A stretch of 64,000 bases of DNA. Source: Spirochaetia bacterium (GTDB lineage: Bacteria > Spirochaetota > Spirochaetia > UBA9216). The notes under the pieces were generated by a model. It had not been told where the DNA came from, did not search any database, and was given only the letters and a program-made list of their open reading frames with translations. Below are positions 38,884 through 51,700 of this stretch, piece by piece; the first letter of the stretch is position 1; each line of letters opens with the position of its first letter. The stretch covers positions 448,001-512,000 of the forward strand of contig CAXXYH010000003.1 of NCBI GenBank assembly GCA_963677925.2. The letters are read 5' to 3'. The translations under genes were made by a program, and so were the position numbers.

Positions 38884-39390
38884 TTAAATTATAAGTGATT
38901 TTTCATAGAAATAAAAAGAATATTCTCTAAAAGGGAAATAACCCTCGCCCATTCTGCGGAATCCGTTTTTTTCATACAGTTTTAATGCTGCAGGGTTTTT
39001 ACTGTATGCATCAAGTCTTATGAAAGAGTAATTATTCTTTAATGCAAATGCTTCAATAAATTTCATCAATTCTCCTGCAGTTCCCTTCCCCTGCCGATCA
39101 GGATGAACTGATAAGCGGTGAACAACCAGACACTTCTGCGGATTTTCAGACCACTTGATAGTCTTATACTCTTCAGGCTGATCTTCATTAATTGATACGT
39201 ATGCAGCACATTTGCCATCTTCAATCAGAATGTAGGCGGATTCAGTTCTTATATCATCCACAATTATTGAACGATCCGGGTAATGTTCATTCCACTGAAA
39301 AATGTCTTTATTTTCCATATCTTTCACACAGGAAGCTATAATTGTCATAATATTTTCAATGTCGGTTATTTCAGCAGGTACAATTTTCAC
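38884..39390 (-). CDS. GNAT acetyltransferase
   Basis: QWNEHYP, HRLSVHPDRQGKG, IRLD, N-x2-A-x2-LYEKNGF. Confidence 0.9.
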   Translation of the reverse strand: MKIVPAEITDIENIMTIIASCVKDMENKDIFQWNEHYPDRSIIVDDIRTESAYILIEDGKCAAYVSINEDQPEEYKTIKWSENPQKCLVVHRLSVHPDRQGKGTAGELMKFIEAFALKNNYSFIRLDAYSKNPAALKLYEKNGFRRMGEGYFPFREYSFYFYEKSLII

Positions 39391-39458
39391 TGCAGTCTTC
39401 TCCGTAAAAATCTGGATACCAGGGCTGATTATAGCAGAATTTGAATAAAATATAGAAC

Positions 39459-39482
39459 GGGCATCCTCCGTAGAAGATGCCC
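39459..39482. terminator. Rho-independent terminator-like hairpin
   Basis: GGGCATCcTC-cgta-GAaGATGCCC with T-rich flanks. Confidence 0.6.
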
Positions 39483-39519
39483 CATTAATTTTTTCTGTTT
39501 TTATATCTGATATTTTTTA

Positions 39520-40548
39520 TCAGTGAATTGTCTCCCAGGTTTCATTTCTGGCTCCGGGCAGAAGTTCTGTGAAGCAGTAACCTACCCGCTCATCATCAGC
39601 ATTATAAACCGCACAGAGTTCCTCAAAGTAACCGATGTTAACCTGACCGTCCATCAGCGGTACAATGGTATAGACCTCGTCCTTTACGCCCGGCATTGTC
39701 AGTTTCCAGCTTGAAGAAAACTTCAGATTCTGCTCTGTTGCAGTTGTAAAGCTGGTCGCTTCAATACTGTAGTTGTTCAGCCGGCTGTATGAACCGTCTT
39801 CCCTGATATAAGTTCCGTCAACTGCATCTACAGCCGGAAAAGTGAAGAGCATCAGCTCCTCATTATCATCAAACCTTATAGAAAACCATTCCCACTGGGT
39901 TGCCCTGTCCTGAATGGTATAATCGCCTCCCTGCCGGTCAAACCATGATTTGCCGCTTACATTAAGTACCTTACCGTCAATCACAATTGTTCCTGTTGTA
40001 GGCATATTGGTATACGAATAGTAGATTGTGCTTTCAGTTGTAGTTTCAGGATTCCCCATTATAAGAAAGCCGTCATCACAGTGCCATACAGGCCCCTTTC
40101 CGTAATCAAGATTCAGATTAAATGAAACCTCCTCAGTATCAGCATTGATGATCATACTGTTGTCAAATTTTTGAACAGAGGTAAAGTCTTCCATCTGAAC
40201 TCTTGTCTCATTAACATACAATCCTTTTTTATTCATCCTTACATTGTTGAAAAGATGATGCTCATCATTTGTGAAGTCAGTGAGGGCCAGCTGTGTAACT
40301 ATCGGTTTCAGTATTCCCATTTTATTCTGGGCTATAGTGAACTGGTATGAATACATATTGTCATCTTCATCATACAGAAACCCGGTCGCATACCACCATC
40401 CGTTTGTTCCTGAATAACTCAGCCATTCTTCCTCAAATGTTCCATGCGCCTGACCTGAGTACGGAATTTCCTTTACCGAAGTACTCATGCAGGAAGACAG
40501 CATCGCAATAAGCAACATGGCTACTGCAGCAAATTTTGTCTTTTTCAT
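39520..40548 (-). CDS. AttH/CrtC-like (lipocalin-like) lipoprotein
   Basis: Lipobox LSSC; WWYATG, YQFT, YYSYT, VSGKSWFDRQ, WEWFS, YFE, G-x3-EL. Confidence 0.8.
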   Translation of the reverse strand: MKKTKFAAVAMLLIAMLSSCMSTSVKEIPYSGQAHGTFEEEWLSYSGTNGWWYATGFLYDEDDNMYSYQFTIAQNKMGILKPIVTQLALTDFTNDEHHLFNNVRMNKKGLYVNETRVQMEDFTSVQKFDNSMIINADTEEVSFNLNLDYGKGPVWHCDDGFLIMGNPETTTESTIYYSYTNMPTTGTIVIDGKVLNVSGKSWFDRQGGDYTIQDRATQWEWFSIRFDDNEELMLFTFPAVDAVDGTYIREDGSYSRLNNYSIEATSFTTATEQNLKFSSSWKLTMPGVKDEVYTIVPLMDGQVNIGYFEELCAVYNADDERVGYCFTELLPGARNETWETIH

Positions 40549-40702
40549 AATTTGTCTCCTTGTACAAGTGTATGTTTTCCTACACCTGTTGTTTTAATTT
40601 CTGTTAGATAATATAATGAGTTATTCACCGGCGGGAAATATCAGATGCAGATATCTGTCGGTTAAACAACACATTTATTCATATGTTGGATTTGAGGGAT
40701 TT

Positions 40703-41242
40703 ATGGACAGACGTATCAGAAAGACAAAAAACTCTATAAGAAAGCTGCTTCTGGAAATTATGGAGACGGATCCGGCTAACAGGATAACTGTAACCGAAAT
40801 TTGCGGAATGCTTGATATAAACAGAAGCACATTCTACAGCCACTACGAAAGCATCGAAGATGTTCTTGCAGAAATAGAAGATGAGCTTATGGATGAAATT
40901 ACTGCAAAAATAAGGAGTAACCAGGGAAAGGATTTCAACTCAGTTCTAAATGAAGTATCAGCCGGCATATCAGCAAATAAAAAGATATATCAGATACTGG
41001 TAAAATCCCATACCGGCAGATTCACCTGGAAACTGAGCGAAACTATTACAAACCTGCTTTCAATTGAAAACCGGGAAGCAGACTGGAAACCGAGACTGAA
41101 GTACAGCCGAGAATATATTAAGGCGTTCATGGTATCCGGACTAATCGGACTGCTGCTTGAATGGCTGAAGCATGACTGCACCGATACTATGCCGGCGGTT
41201 TCCAGAGAAATGCAGAGGTATTTCAGCAATTCAGATGTGTAA
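40703..41242 (+). CDS. TetR/AcrR family regulator
   Basis: DRRIRKTK..ITVTEIC..INRSTFYSHY; divergent from the AttH-like gene. Confidence 0.92.
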   Translation: MDRRIRKTKNSIRKLLLEIMETDPANRITVTEICGMLDINRSTFYSHYESIEDVLAEIEDELMDEITAKIRSNQGKDFNSVLNEVSAGISANKKIYQILVKSHTGRFTWKLSETITNLLSIENREADWKPRLKYSREYIKAFMVSGLIGLLLEWLKHDCTDTMPAVSREMQRYFSNSDV

Positions 41243-41313
41243 ATTCATATTCCGAATTTTGACCATAACCCTTATTTTTATTATCTTTGCTTAATAAGAT
41301 GAAGGAGAACTGA

Positions 41314-41715
41314 ATGGAGTTTACACTTACAACCCCTGCGCTGCTGTTTCCTGCGATATCACTGCTGCTTCTTGCATATACAAACCGCTATCTCACAATA
41401 GCAGGACTCATCCGTGATCTGCATAAAGAATCAGCGAAGACGCATGAAGATCATCTTGAACTGCAGATAAAAAATCTCCGTTCACGGATTTATATAATCA
41501 GGAACATGCAGATATTCGGGGTAATTTCATTTTTTCTGTGTGTAGCTACCATGCTGCTGCTTTTTTACGGCCAAAGTACTGTCGGAGAGATTCTGTTCGC
41601 AGTCAGTCTTCTGTTTCTATTAATATCGCTTGCTTTGTCGATTAAAGAACTGACTATGTCCATAGGGGCACTAGAGATTCTGCTTGACGACTGTGATAGA
41701 AAACCTTCAGTCTGA
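41314..41715 (+). CDS. DUF2721 family membrane protein
   Basis: LTTPALLFPAISLLLLAYTNR..QI-x-NLR-x-R motif. Confidence 0.85.
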   Translation: MEFTLTTPALLFPAISLLLLAYTNRYLTIAGLIRDLHKESAKTHEDHLELQIKNLRSRIYIIRNMQIFGVISFFLCVATMLLLFYGQSTVGEILFAVSLLFLLISLALSIKELTMSIGALEILLDDCDRKPSV

Positions 41716-42693
41716 TTTAATCCTCAATAAGCATTCCATAGCCATCTTCTCAATTTCTGCTGTTTCAAAACATACCGCAGACGCAGCATCTAGATACTTA
41801 TGATTGTTTGTCCTGCCTGCCGATTTAATCAAATCTGCAGTCGCAGTCCAGTTTGCAGCGGCCTGTGAATACAACTCAACTGCTTGTTCAAGCACCGGAT
41901 TCGAAGGTAAATATGTCAGGGATTCATTTAAAAATGCAGTGAACATATTCCGGAAAACAGCGCCGCCTGTCCCGCCGTTCTCCATTAGATCAGCCTGATC
42001 ATATAGTTCTTTTTCAGGCTTATCCGTACAGGAAAGCCAGTTCTGTATATCATCTGCTAATTTCTTTATTCCCAAATAGCCGAAACATTTCAGAGGCGGA
42101 TTTAAAAAACCATCGGCAATTTTTCTTACTGCATCAGGTATTATCAACTCAGGTGCAATTTGAACCTTACTTTTTCTAATTGTGTAGGAACGAGCTTTTG
42201 CAGCCATTGACCCCCTTTCAAACCTTGCTTTTTCCAGATTCTCAAGTGATACCTTATATACTTTTCCGGTATCAAAGACGTAGGCATGAGTTGAATCATA
42301 TCCGTATACAGTGACAAAATGTCCGGCAAAATGAAAACTATGATAAAAATGCTCAAGATGATAGGCATCAAGCTGTAAAGCTACCGGAACCCCCATATCT
42401 ATAAATTGTTCCACGTTAAGCCAGGCTTTATTTCTCGAACTTGTCTGTCTCTCATCAACCTCAAATCCGGTATTTTCACAAAAAACTTTTGTCAGTTCAT
42501 AGGGTTTAGCCCTTCCACCGATAAACGGAAGGTTCATAAAACTCATTTTCCAGTAAATAAAACCAAAGCCCTGGCTTAGTCCCAGCATCATCGGTTCACT
42601 GTATTCTACGCCCTCGTGAAGCAGCAGTAATCTGGTTGCGCTCGTCTCGCAATTGATTGCTTTAAATGGTTTAATGTTATCAATTATTTTCAT
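41707..42693 (-). CDS. BtrH N-terminal / DUF4872 domain protein (papain-like fold)
   Basis: NCETSA, SEPMMLGL-x2-G-x-GFIYW, PFIGGR, HFAGHFV..YGYD, GGTGGAVFR. Confidence 0.75.
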   Translation of the reverse strand: MKIIDNIKPFKAINCETSATRLLLLHEGVEYSEPMMLGLSQGFGFIYWKMSFMNLPFIGGRAKPYELTKVFCENTGFEVDERQTSSRNKAWLNVEQFIDMGVPVALQLDAYHLEHFYHSFHFAGHFVTVYGYDSTHAYVFDTGKVYKVSLENLEKARFERGSMAAKARSYTIRKSKVQIAPELIIPDAVRKIADGFLNPPLKCFGYLGIKKLADDIQNWLSCTDKPEKELYDQADLMENGGTGGAVFRNMFTAFLNESLTYLPSNPVLEQAVELYSQAAANWTATADLIKSAGRTNNHKYLDAASAVCFETAEIEKMAMECLLRIKSD

Positions 42694-42714
42694 TAGTAGA
42701 TGATATCTCGATGT

Positions 42715-42736
42715 ATATGACAGCTGTATGTCGTAT
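42715..42736. promoter_or_regulatory. Palindromic operator candidate upstream of the BtrH-like gene
   Basis: ATATGACA-gctgta-TGTCGTAT (7 of 8 arm positions complementary). Confidence 0.45.
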
Positions 42737-42755
42737 TTATTGAAAGAAATTAAAA

Positions 42756-42793
42756 AGCTGCAGACTGAAAGACTTCTCCCTCAGCACTGCAGC
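42756..42793 (-). terminator. Terminator-like hairpin after katG
   Basis: AGCTGCAG..CTGCAGCT stem followed by TTTT on the minus strand. Confidence 0.55.
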
Positions 42794-42812
42794 TAAAAAT
42801 GAAGACGTTGAT

Positions 42813-45514
<2,702 letters not shown>

Positions 45515-45564
45515 AATCCAGACCTCCTTAACTGGTACTATTAAAGTATAAGAGAAGTTTTTTC

Positions 45565-45609
45565 ATAGATCAAATTGATATTTTCTAAGTTATGATAGAT
45601 AATATCTAT
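45565..45609. promoter_or_regulatory. OxyR-binding site in the oxyR / ybaN-katG divergon
   Basis: ATAG-N7-TGAT (45565-45579) and perfect ATAG-N7-CTAT (45595-45609), the latter abutting the oxyR ATG. Confidence 0.7.
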
Positions 45610-46542
45610 ATGACGATTCAGCAGATTGAATATGTACTTGCGGTTATCGAATACGGAAGTTTTTCACGTGCGGCCGAGGCCTGCTTTGTAACCCAGCCCA
45701 CGCTCAGCGCGCAAATCTCCAAGCTTGAAAATGAGCTTGGGATTTTTCTGCTTGATCGTCTTAGACGCCCTGTAGGTCCGGCCCCGGGAGCTGAGGAAAT
45801 TATAAGCAGGGCAAGAACTGCAATAACTTCGCTGAATTTAATTCCTGCGATAGCCGATGAGCATAGAAATTCCGTATCAGGAGAACTAAGGGTAGGTGTA
45901 ATACCGACACTTGCCCAATACCTTCTGCCTCTTTTTCTGGAGACCTTTCTTGACCGGTACCGCGAGCTTACGCTAAAAATCAGCGAGCTGCAGTCTGAAG
46001 ATATTATTAAAGGCATAAAGGATTTCAGGCTGGACTGCGGAATAATAGCCCTTCCTTCAGGGGTGGATGAGCTTTCAGAAAAAACTCTTTTTTATGAAGA
46101 ATTTCTGGTATTTCTTCCTCCGGGGAATCAGAAATCTGGAAGGATAGATATAGCTGATTTAAAGAGAGAGGAACTTCTGCTTTTAACCGAAGGCCACTGT
46201 TTCAGGGACCAGGTTATTGATTTATGCGGAAGCACTGCAGACTCGGGAAAAGCCCGGATAGAATTTGAAACCGGCAGTCTAGAAAGCCTCAAAAAGCTTG
46301 TGAATAAGGGTATCGGCCATACTCTTCTGCCGGAACTGGCTATAGTTGACATGAATCCTGAAGCCGGAAAAAGGATACATCCGCTGGGGCCGGTTACACC
46401 TTCCAGAAAAATAGGTATGATTTCAAACCCGGCCTACATACGACCGAAGCTGCTTGAAATACTGACTGATGCAATCATCGATAGTCTGCCTCCTGAAATA
46501 AGAAACAGAGAGTCTGATACTTTTCTGCCCTGGAGAAAGTAG
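45610..46542 (+). CDS. oxyR: Hydrogen peroxide-inducible LysR regulator OxyR
   Basis: FSRAAEACFVTQPTLS, GVIPT, EGHCFRDQVIDLC with both redox Cys, GSLESL; divergent from katG. Confidence 0.93.
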   Translation: MTIQQIEYVLAVIEYGSFSRAAEACFVTQPTLSAQISKLENELGIFLLDRLRRPVGPAPGAEEIISRARTAITSLNLIPAIADEHRNSVSGELRVGVIPTLAQYLLPLFLETFLDRYRELTLKISELQSEDIIKGIKDFRLDCGIIALPSGVDELSEKTLFYEEFLVFLPPGNQKSGRIDIADLKREELLLLTEGHCFRDQVIDLCGSTADSGKARIEFETGSLESLKKLVNKGIGHTLLPELAIVDMNPEAGKRIHPLGPVTPSRKIGMISNPAYIRPKLLEILTDAIIDSLPPEIRNRESDTFLPWRK

Positions 46543-46583
46543 TTTTAATATGATGTAAATTTATGACTAACTTTCAGCAACTT

Positions 46584-47282
46584 TTACCAGTCTACAGATT
46601 CAAAAATAATATTAGCCATAGATCTGCCGCCGGCCCTGTTAAGGTGAATTTTATCAAAGGAATATAGATCAAGTCTTCCCTGAAACGCGCCGTTCAGATC
46701 AATCATTTCGATGTTTGATTTTATACAGAAATCTTTTATATAAGGTACAATTTCATTTTCAATCACTTCATCCTGAATACTGTACAGACCAGAATAAGCC
46801 GGTATAGATGTCATCACAATAATTCTCGGTCTGGAAGGAATAGTCTGATATGAAGAAATGATTTCCTGAAAATCAGACTTAAATTCAGAGCTGTTCCAGT
46901 TAAAAGTTTTTGAGTCATTCGAACCGAGCATGAATAAAATTATATCAGGACGGAATTCCATTGACCGCCTATACTCGGGTAATTCCGTATATGGCTTGTT
47001 TGAGTCCCTCTGTACACAGGCTCCGCTCACTCCGAAATTCCTGACAGTGTATCCGGTATTAAGCAGTAACCCCAACTGAGAAGGATAGCTGTTTTTATTT
47101 TTATTTGGAATTAATGTTCCTTCTGTAATACTGTCACCAACACATGCAACCTTTAAATTTTTGCCGGTATCCGATGCTATCGTATTGCAGGATAAAAAAA
47201 CTGATGCAGATATAACAATTCCGAATATAATAAAAATTATTCGTTTAGATTCTGTTCTTATTTTATGCAATTTTACTGTCAC
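46584..47282 (-). CDS. SGNH/GDSL esterase (acetylesterase-like), probable lipoprotein
   Basis: CVGDSITEG, NFGVSG, MLGSND, DKIHLN; FLSC lipobox. Confidence 0.88.
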   Translation of the reverse strand: MTVKLHKIRTESKRIIFIIFGIVISASVFLSCNTIASDTGKNLKVACVGDSITEGTLIPNKNKNSYPSQLGLLLNTGYTVRNFGVSGACVQRDSNKPYTELPEYRRSMEFRPDIILFMLGSNDSKTFNWNSSEFKSDFQEIISSYQTIPSRPRIIVMTSIPAYSGLYSIQDEVIENEIVPYIKDFCIKSNIEMIDLNGAFQGRLDLYSFDKIHLNRAGGRSMANIIFESVDW

Positions 47283-47411
47283 TTCCTTAAATATTTAATG
47301 GTTTACTATACTCTAATATTATTTTATTAACTATATTTATACTTTCATATAAATAATGTATCCAATATTTTTTTTGATTGACCGCCTTAAATGTCGGAGA
47401 TATCATAAAAT

Positions 47412-48221
47412 ATGGCCAAAATAGTTCTGAGGCTTATATTTATATTAAGTATAACAACTTTCTATGTCTCATGCCTTCCACCTGAACTAAATTTCACAGC
47501 TGACGATACCTATATTATAATATGGGATCCTGAAAAAAATCTTACTAACCATAAAACACTTACCGACAGCCTGAACCGGAGATATCCGCAGACAATAATC
47601 ATGTCAGAATATATGCCCAGTACAAATGCAGTTTTCTTTGAAACAGCATTTTCCCAAATACCTGAAGAGGCATTATGTATATTCATTATAATAAGCATGC
47701 GACCGCAGTTTCATATATCAAGCGAGTGGAATCTCTGGTTTCCTCAAATGTGGAGAAACCTTGACTGCAGAGGGAAAATACTGATAGCAGACGGCTCATG
47801 GGGCGATGAGTTTCTCAATTCTTTAAAAACATTCAACCCGGACTCTATCTGGGCCATTGACGGTAAGATAGGACAACTTAGACGCAAACTGCCCGGTTCG
47901 CTGCTGGCTGCAGCTTGCAGATTTGATGAAAGCAACCTGATAAGCCGGGGTATAGATGGAAAAACGAAAACAGCCCTGTTCTCATGGTACTTTATGAATC
48001 AGCTCTGTACCGAAGAATTACGAAAAATTGAAATTCTAAACTCTTTAGAGAAATCTATATATCTCACTCAGACAGCCCTTGAGCGGGGTGTTCTAACCGA
48101 GGTTGAAGAGACCGTTTTTTATAACAAAAGCGAGGTAAACAGAGAAGAATTTTTAAAATATCCTAATCCTGTCGTCTGGAACGGACTTGCAGAAAAAGTT
48201 TTCATTGAGGCAGCTGAGTGA
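47412..48221 (+). CDS. Hypothetical lipoprotein, possibly a degenerate caspase/peptidase C14-like fold
   Basis: YVSC lipobox; KILIADGSWG, LLAAAC-x3-ES, ALFSWYF pattern; overlaps the next gene. Confidence 0.5.
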   Translation: MAKIVLRLIFILSITTFYVSCLPPELNFTADDTYIIIWDPEKNLTNHKTLTDSLNRRYPQTIIMSEYMPSTNAVFFETAFSQIPEEALCIFIIISMRPQFHISSEWNLWFPQMWRNLDCRGKILIADGSWGDEFLNSLKTFNPDSIWAIDGKIGQLRRKLPGSLLAAACRFDESNLISRGIDGKTKTALFSWYFMNQLCTEELRKIEILNSLEKSIYLTQTALERGVLTEVEETVFYNKSEVNREEFLKYPNPVVWNGLAEKVFIEAAE

Positions 48222-49168
48222 AAATGTTTCTGAACCGGGTAAAAAGCATCACCGGTACCATAATTCTTTTTATCATTCTAATTCTGCTGATTGCAGTCCT
48301 CCCCTCTCTTTTTTCATATGGAAGAGCGTCAAATGATCAGTATTACTCAAATATTGAAGATCCTGATTTTATAGAAAAGAAACTTTATAAACTGCATTTT
48401 CATGCTGAGAATATATGGAGAAAACCTTTTTTTTATTTCAAACAGATAAAATCCGGCGGTGTCTTAATCTATGAGGAAGGAAAAACTGTCCGCAGTTTTA
48501 TAGAAGAAGCACCTCGTTATTTCAGTGTCTCATTTTTTTACGCCGGCTTTGCAGGAATGATCAGTTTGACAGCAGGTATCATGCTCAGTCTGAGAATGTC
48601 CGATAAAAAGAATAATCCAATATATTATGAGTTCCTTTCATTCATGACAGTTTTTCCTGATTTTATCCTGATTCTCATTATTCAATTCATCTTTTTCAAT
48701 ATAAACAGAATAACAGGACTCACGGTCCTGCGGCTTTACACACCTTCCGCTTCAGACAGAGCTGTATTTCTCCCATTAATAGTCCTTTCGATATATCCCT
48801 GCCTATATATCATTAGAACTATAGGCACTCAGCTGAAGGACTTGAATACTGAGACTTTTATAAATATGGCACATGCCAAGGGGCTTTCCAAAAGAGCAGT
48901 CAGATACTTTCATCTGGGACCAGCTGCGGTATCTTTTATCAAAGGCGATATTCATAAGCTGCTGGCTATAATATTTTCGAATCTATTTATCACAGAGCTT
49001 ATGTTCAATAATAAAGGTCTTACATCTTTTCTGTTCAACAACATTCAACAATATGATGCAACAGTTAATACAATAATTCTCATTCTTATTCTTTATCTGA
49101 TAATTTACCTGGTGCTTCAGGCACTTCTCTTTATCATAGGTACGATCTTCAGGAGGAGCCTGCCGTGA
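48218..49168 (+). CDS. ABC permease, OppB/DppB-like
   Basis: PDFIL, FINMAHAKGL EAA loop, ELMFN-x2-GL. Confidence 0.85.
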   Translation: MKMFLNRVKSITGTIILFIILILLIAVLPSLFSYGRASNDQYYSNIEDPDFIEKKLYKLHFHAENIWRKPFFYFKQIKSGGVLIYEEGKTVRSFIEEAPRYFSVSFFYAGFAGMISLTAGIMLSLRMSDKKNNPIYYEFLSFMTVFPDFILILIIQFIFFNINRITGLTVLRLYTPSASDRAVFLPLIVLSIYPCLYIIRTIGTQLKDLNTETFINMAHAKGLSKRAVRYFHLGPAAVSFIKGDIHKLLAIIFSNLFITELMFNNKGLTSFLFNNIQQYDATVNTIILILILYLIIYLVLQALLFIIGTIFRRSLP

Positions 49169-50058
49169 ATGCCCGTCTTATTACAGGACTGATGCTTCTC
49201 ATACCTGTTCTTGCCGCTGTATTTTTCGGTCCTGCTCTGGCCCCATACGAAAAGTATTACACAGAATCAGTCCGCTATGAGGATACAGAGCAGGGACCTG
49301 TGCTTGTCGTTCCGCCAAGTGCACCCTCTTCTGAATACCTGCTGGGAACAACCACAGCAGGGAAAGATATACTAAGTCTTATTCTGTACGGTGCACGCTG
49401 GACTGTCGGCACCACCTTCGTACTTGCATTACTAAGAGTTCTGCTTGGTGCAATCAGCGGTGTATCTGCCGCTTTTGGAAAACTGCGTAAAGATAAAACT
49501 ATAAAATCAATACCTCTTAATGCCCTGCCCCAGATAGTATTTCTCTATTTTGTTCTTTCAATCATTTCAATAAACTTTCCGTTCAATAAAATGATACTTA
49601 TCTCAATTTTCAGTGTGATGGTCCTTATTTTCGGAACACCCGCAAATTCGGCTGCAATAGAAGCAGTCTGCAGAGAACAGAAAAAAAGAGAGTACTATAT
49701 AGCAGCAGAAGCTTCCGGGGCGGGAAAATGGCATCTGATAATTAATCATATATTCCCGTTTATGAAGGAAAGACTTCTTACCCTTCTGATAAGTGAAATA
49801 ATTGCAGTGCTCAACACTATCGGCCAGATGGGAATCTTCGGTGTTTTTCTTGGAGCAACTGTTAAAACATTCAGTCCTGCTATGCTGAATTCAAGATTAT
49901 TCGACTGGGCGGGGCTTGTCGGACAGGCAAGGTTTTATATCTATAGTGAGCAGTGGATTCTTTTTGGGCCGCTTGCCGCTTACATACTTTATCTTGTAGC
50001 TCTCTACTTAATCCTGGAAGGAATTAAGCAGAGTTTTCGACAAAGTTACAGAAGATGA
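49165..50058 (+). CDS. ABC permease, OppC/DppC-like
   Basis: LLGT-x3-GKDILS..YGAR, YY-x-AAEASGA..HIFP, DWAG. Confidence 0.85.
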   Translation: MNARLITGLMLLIPVLAAVFFGPALAPYEKYYTESVRYEDTEQGPVLVVPPSAPSSEYLLGTTTAGKDILSLILYGARWTVGTTFVLALLRVLLGAISGVSAAFGKLRKDKTIKSIPLNALPQIVFLYFVLSIISINFPFNKMILISIFSVMVLIFGTPANSAAIEAVCREQKKREYYIAAEASGAGKWHLIINHIFPFMKERLLTLLISEIIAVLNTIGQMGIFGVFLGATVKTFSPAMLNSRLFDWAGLVGQARFYIYSEQWILFGPLAAYILYLVALYLILEGIKQSFRQSYRR

Positions 50059-50070
50059 CCAGCCCGGCCT

Positions 50071-50499
50071 TTAGTTCCTGAAAGAACGTGCTTCATTTTC
50101 AAGCAGGCTGAGTAACTGGTTTAATTTCTCTATCTCTTCAGAGCTAAGCGGCTTCATGATTTCTTTCAGCCACGTATCATTGAGCATAGAAAGAAAAGTA
50201 AAAAGATCCATTCCGGATTCAGTAAGATAAATTTCCTTGACCCTTGCGTCATTTCTGTTACGTAATGTTCTTACATATTTTTTATGTTCCATACTTTTAA
50301 CGGAACGTGCAACAGCCGCTTTATCTACAACCAGCAGTTCCGACAGTCTTTCCTGTCTTATTCCTTCGTTTGCACCTATATTAAGCAAAAAAATACTGTC
50401 GCTGTAAGAAATATCCTTTCCTTCTATCGCGTTTGACATGTAAGTTGTATACACCCGGTTTAGAACACCTATAGCCCTGAAATTTTCAATCTGATTCAA
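50071..50499 (-). CDS. MarR family regulator
   Basis: Q-x2-L..VDKAAVARSVK..DARVK-x3-LT-x2-G; TTG start. Confidence 0.9.
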   Translation of the reverse strand: MNQIENFRAIGVLNRVYTTYMSNAIEGKDISYSDSIFLLNIGANEGIRQERLSELLVVDKAAVARSVKSMEHKKYVRTLRNRNDARVKEIYLTESGMDLFTFLSMLNDTWLKEIMKPLSSEEIEKLNQLLSLLENEARSFRN

Positions 50500-50510
50500 T
50501 TTAAATTCCT

Positions 50511-51614
50511 TTAATTGATTTCACTTAAAAAAAAACCTTCCAGAATACTGATAAATTCCTCTGGATCTTCTTCATGAACTACATGTCCTGAATTAATCCT
50601 TACATAACTCCCTTTTTTCAGCAGAGACATAACAAGGTCGGCATCATTCTGATCCATTGCTCCGTTAAGTTCTCCGTTTTCAAGTATTTCAAAGTCAGCA
50701 TGAATCAGTAAAGCCGGACATTCAATTTTTGTAAGAGCTTCTGCATGATCGAAAGAGGCATTCCAGCTTCCATCATAAAAAGCCGCACCGAATCGGGGGT
50801 CATAGTAATTCATTCCGCGGAACATATTTCTTACTGTTCCCTGTAAAAACCTCAGCTCAACAGCCTCTCCCGGATTATCTTCACGATACCATTCCACAGC
50901 CTTAATAATTTTAGGAAGTGCATCATCACCAGCATAATTAGCCACAAAAGCTGCATTACTCTGAAGCCAGTACAAAAGAAAATCATCGTCTCCATCTTCA
51001 ATAAATATGCTGCACGTAGTAAACGATCTGTATGAAATTGTCTGTTTTATACGGGGATATTCAGAAGAAAATAATGGAGGGTCTTCCAAAACTACAGCTT
51101 TAACGAACTCAGGTCTGTTTGCAGCCAGCCATACTGTCAGGAGGCCGCCGGATGAGTTTCCTGTTACGAAGGCCGGTTCACCGATTACATCTTTAATAAA
51201 CAGGCCAAGATCGTTTCCGATTCTATCTGCAGTCATTGGATAGCCGGCTGGATATGTTGTATTTCCATGGCCCTGATAATCGACTGCAAAAATGTGAAAA
51301 TTCTCAGACAAATCCGGAAGTACCTGATTGTAGCTGAACCAGTCCATGTGCTGAGCATTTAAAAGAATAAGCGGCGGACCATTATCAGGTCCCTCAGCAT
51401 AGTTAAAATACACCTCTCCGGCCTGGATCTGTTTTTCAATTATTCCGGATTCCAGAATTTTTTCATGACCTGGATCGACATAATTGACGACTAGGCTTCT
51501 CGTGATGCTTTGACATCCATTCAGAACCGGAAGAATGGAAATAACTATTATTGCAGTGTATAAAAATGAAGATTTAGTATTACAATTTTTCAAATTATAT
51601 TTTTCTCGCGCCAC
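50511..51614 (-). CDS. Alpha/beta hydrolase, probably exported/lipoprotein
   Basis: NYAEGPDNGPPL, AVDYQGHG, GNSSGG nucleophile elbow, LEDPP, GHVVH; true start uncertain. Confidence 0.85.
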   Translation of the reverse strand: MAREKYNLKNCNTKSSFLYTAIIVISILPVLNGCQSITRSLVVNYVDPGHEKILESGIIEKQIQAGEVYFNYAEGPDNGPPLILLNAQHMDWFSYNQVLPDLSENFHIFAVDYQGHGNTTYPAGYPMTADRIGNDLGLFIKDVIGEPAFVTGNSSGGLLTVWLAANRPEFVKAVVLEDPPLFSSEYPRIKQTISYRSFTTCSIFIEDGDDDFLLYWLQSNAAFVANYAGDDALPKIIKAVEWYREDNPGEAVELRFLQGTVRNMFRGMNYYDPRFGAAFYDGSWNASFDHAEALTKIECPALLIHADFEILENGELNGAMDQNDADLVMSLLKKGSYVRINSGHVVHEEDPEEFISILEGFFLSEIN

Positions 51615-51700
51615 CAGCTTTACATTGAATCCTGATCGAAACCGGCCCGGTTAGGTTTGGTATTATGTCTTCTAAGTGTTTCGGTGATTTGTCAATGTTT

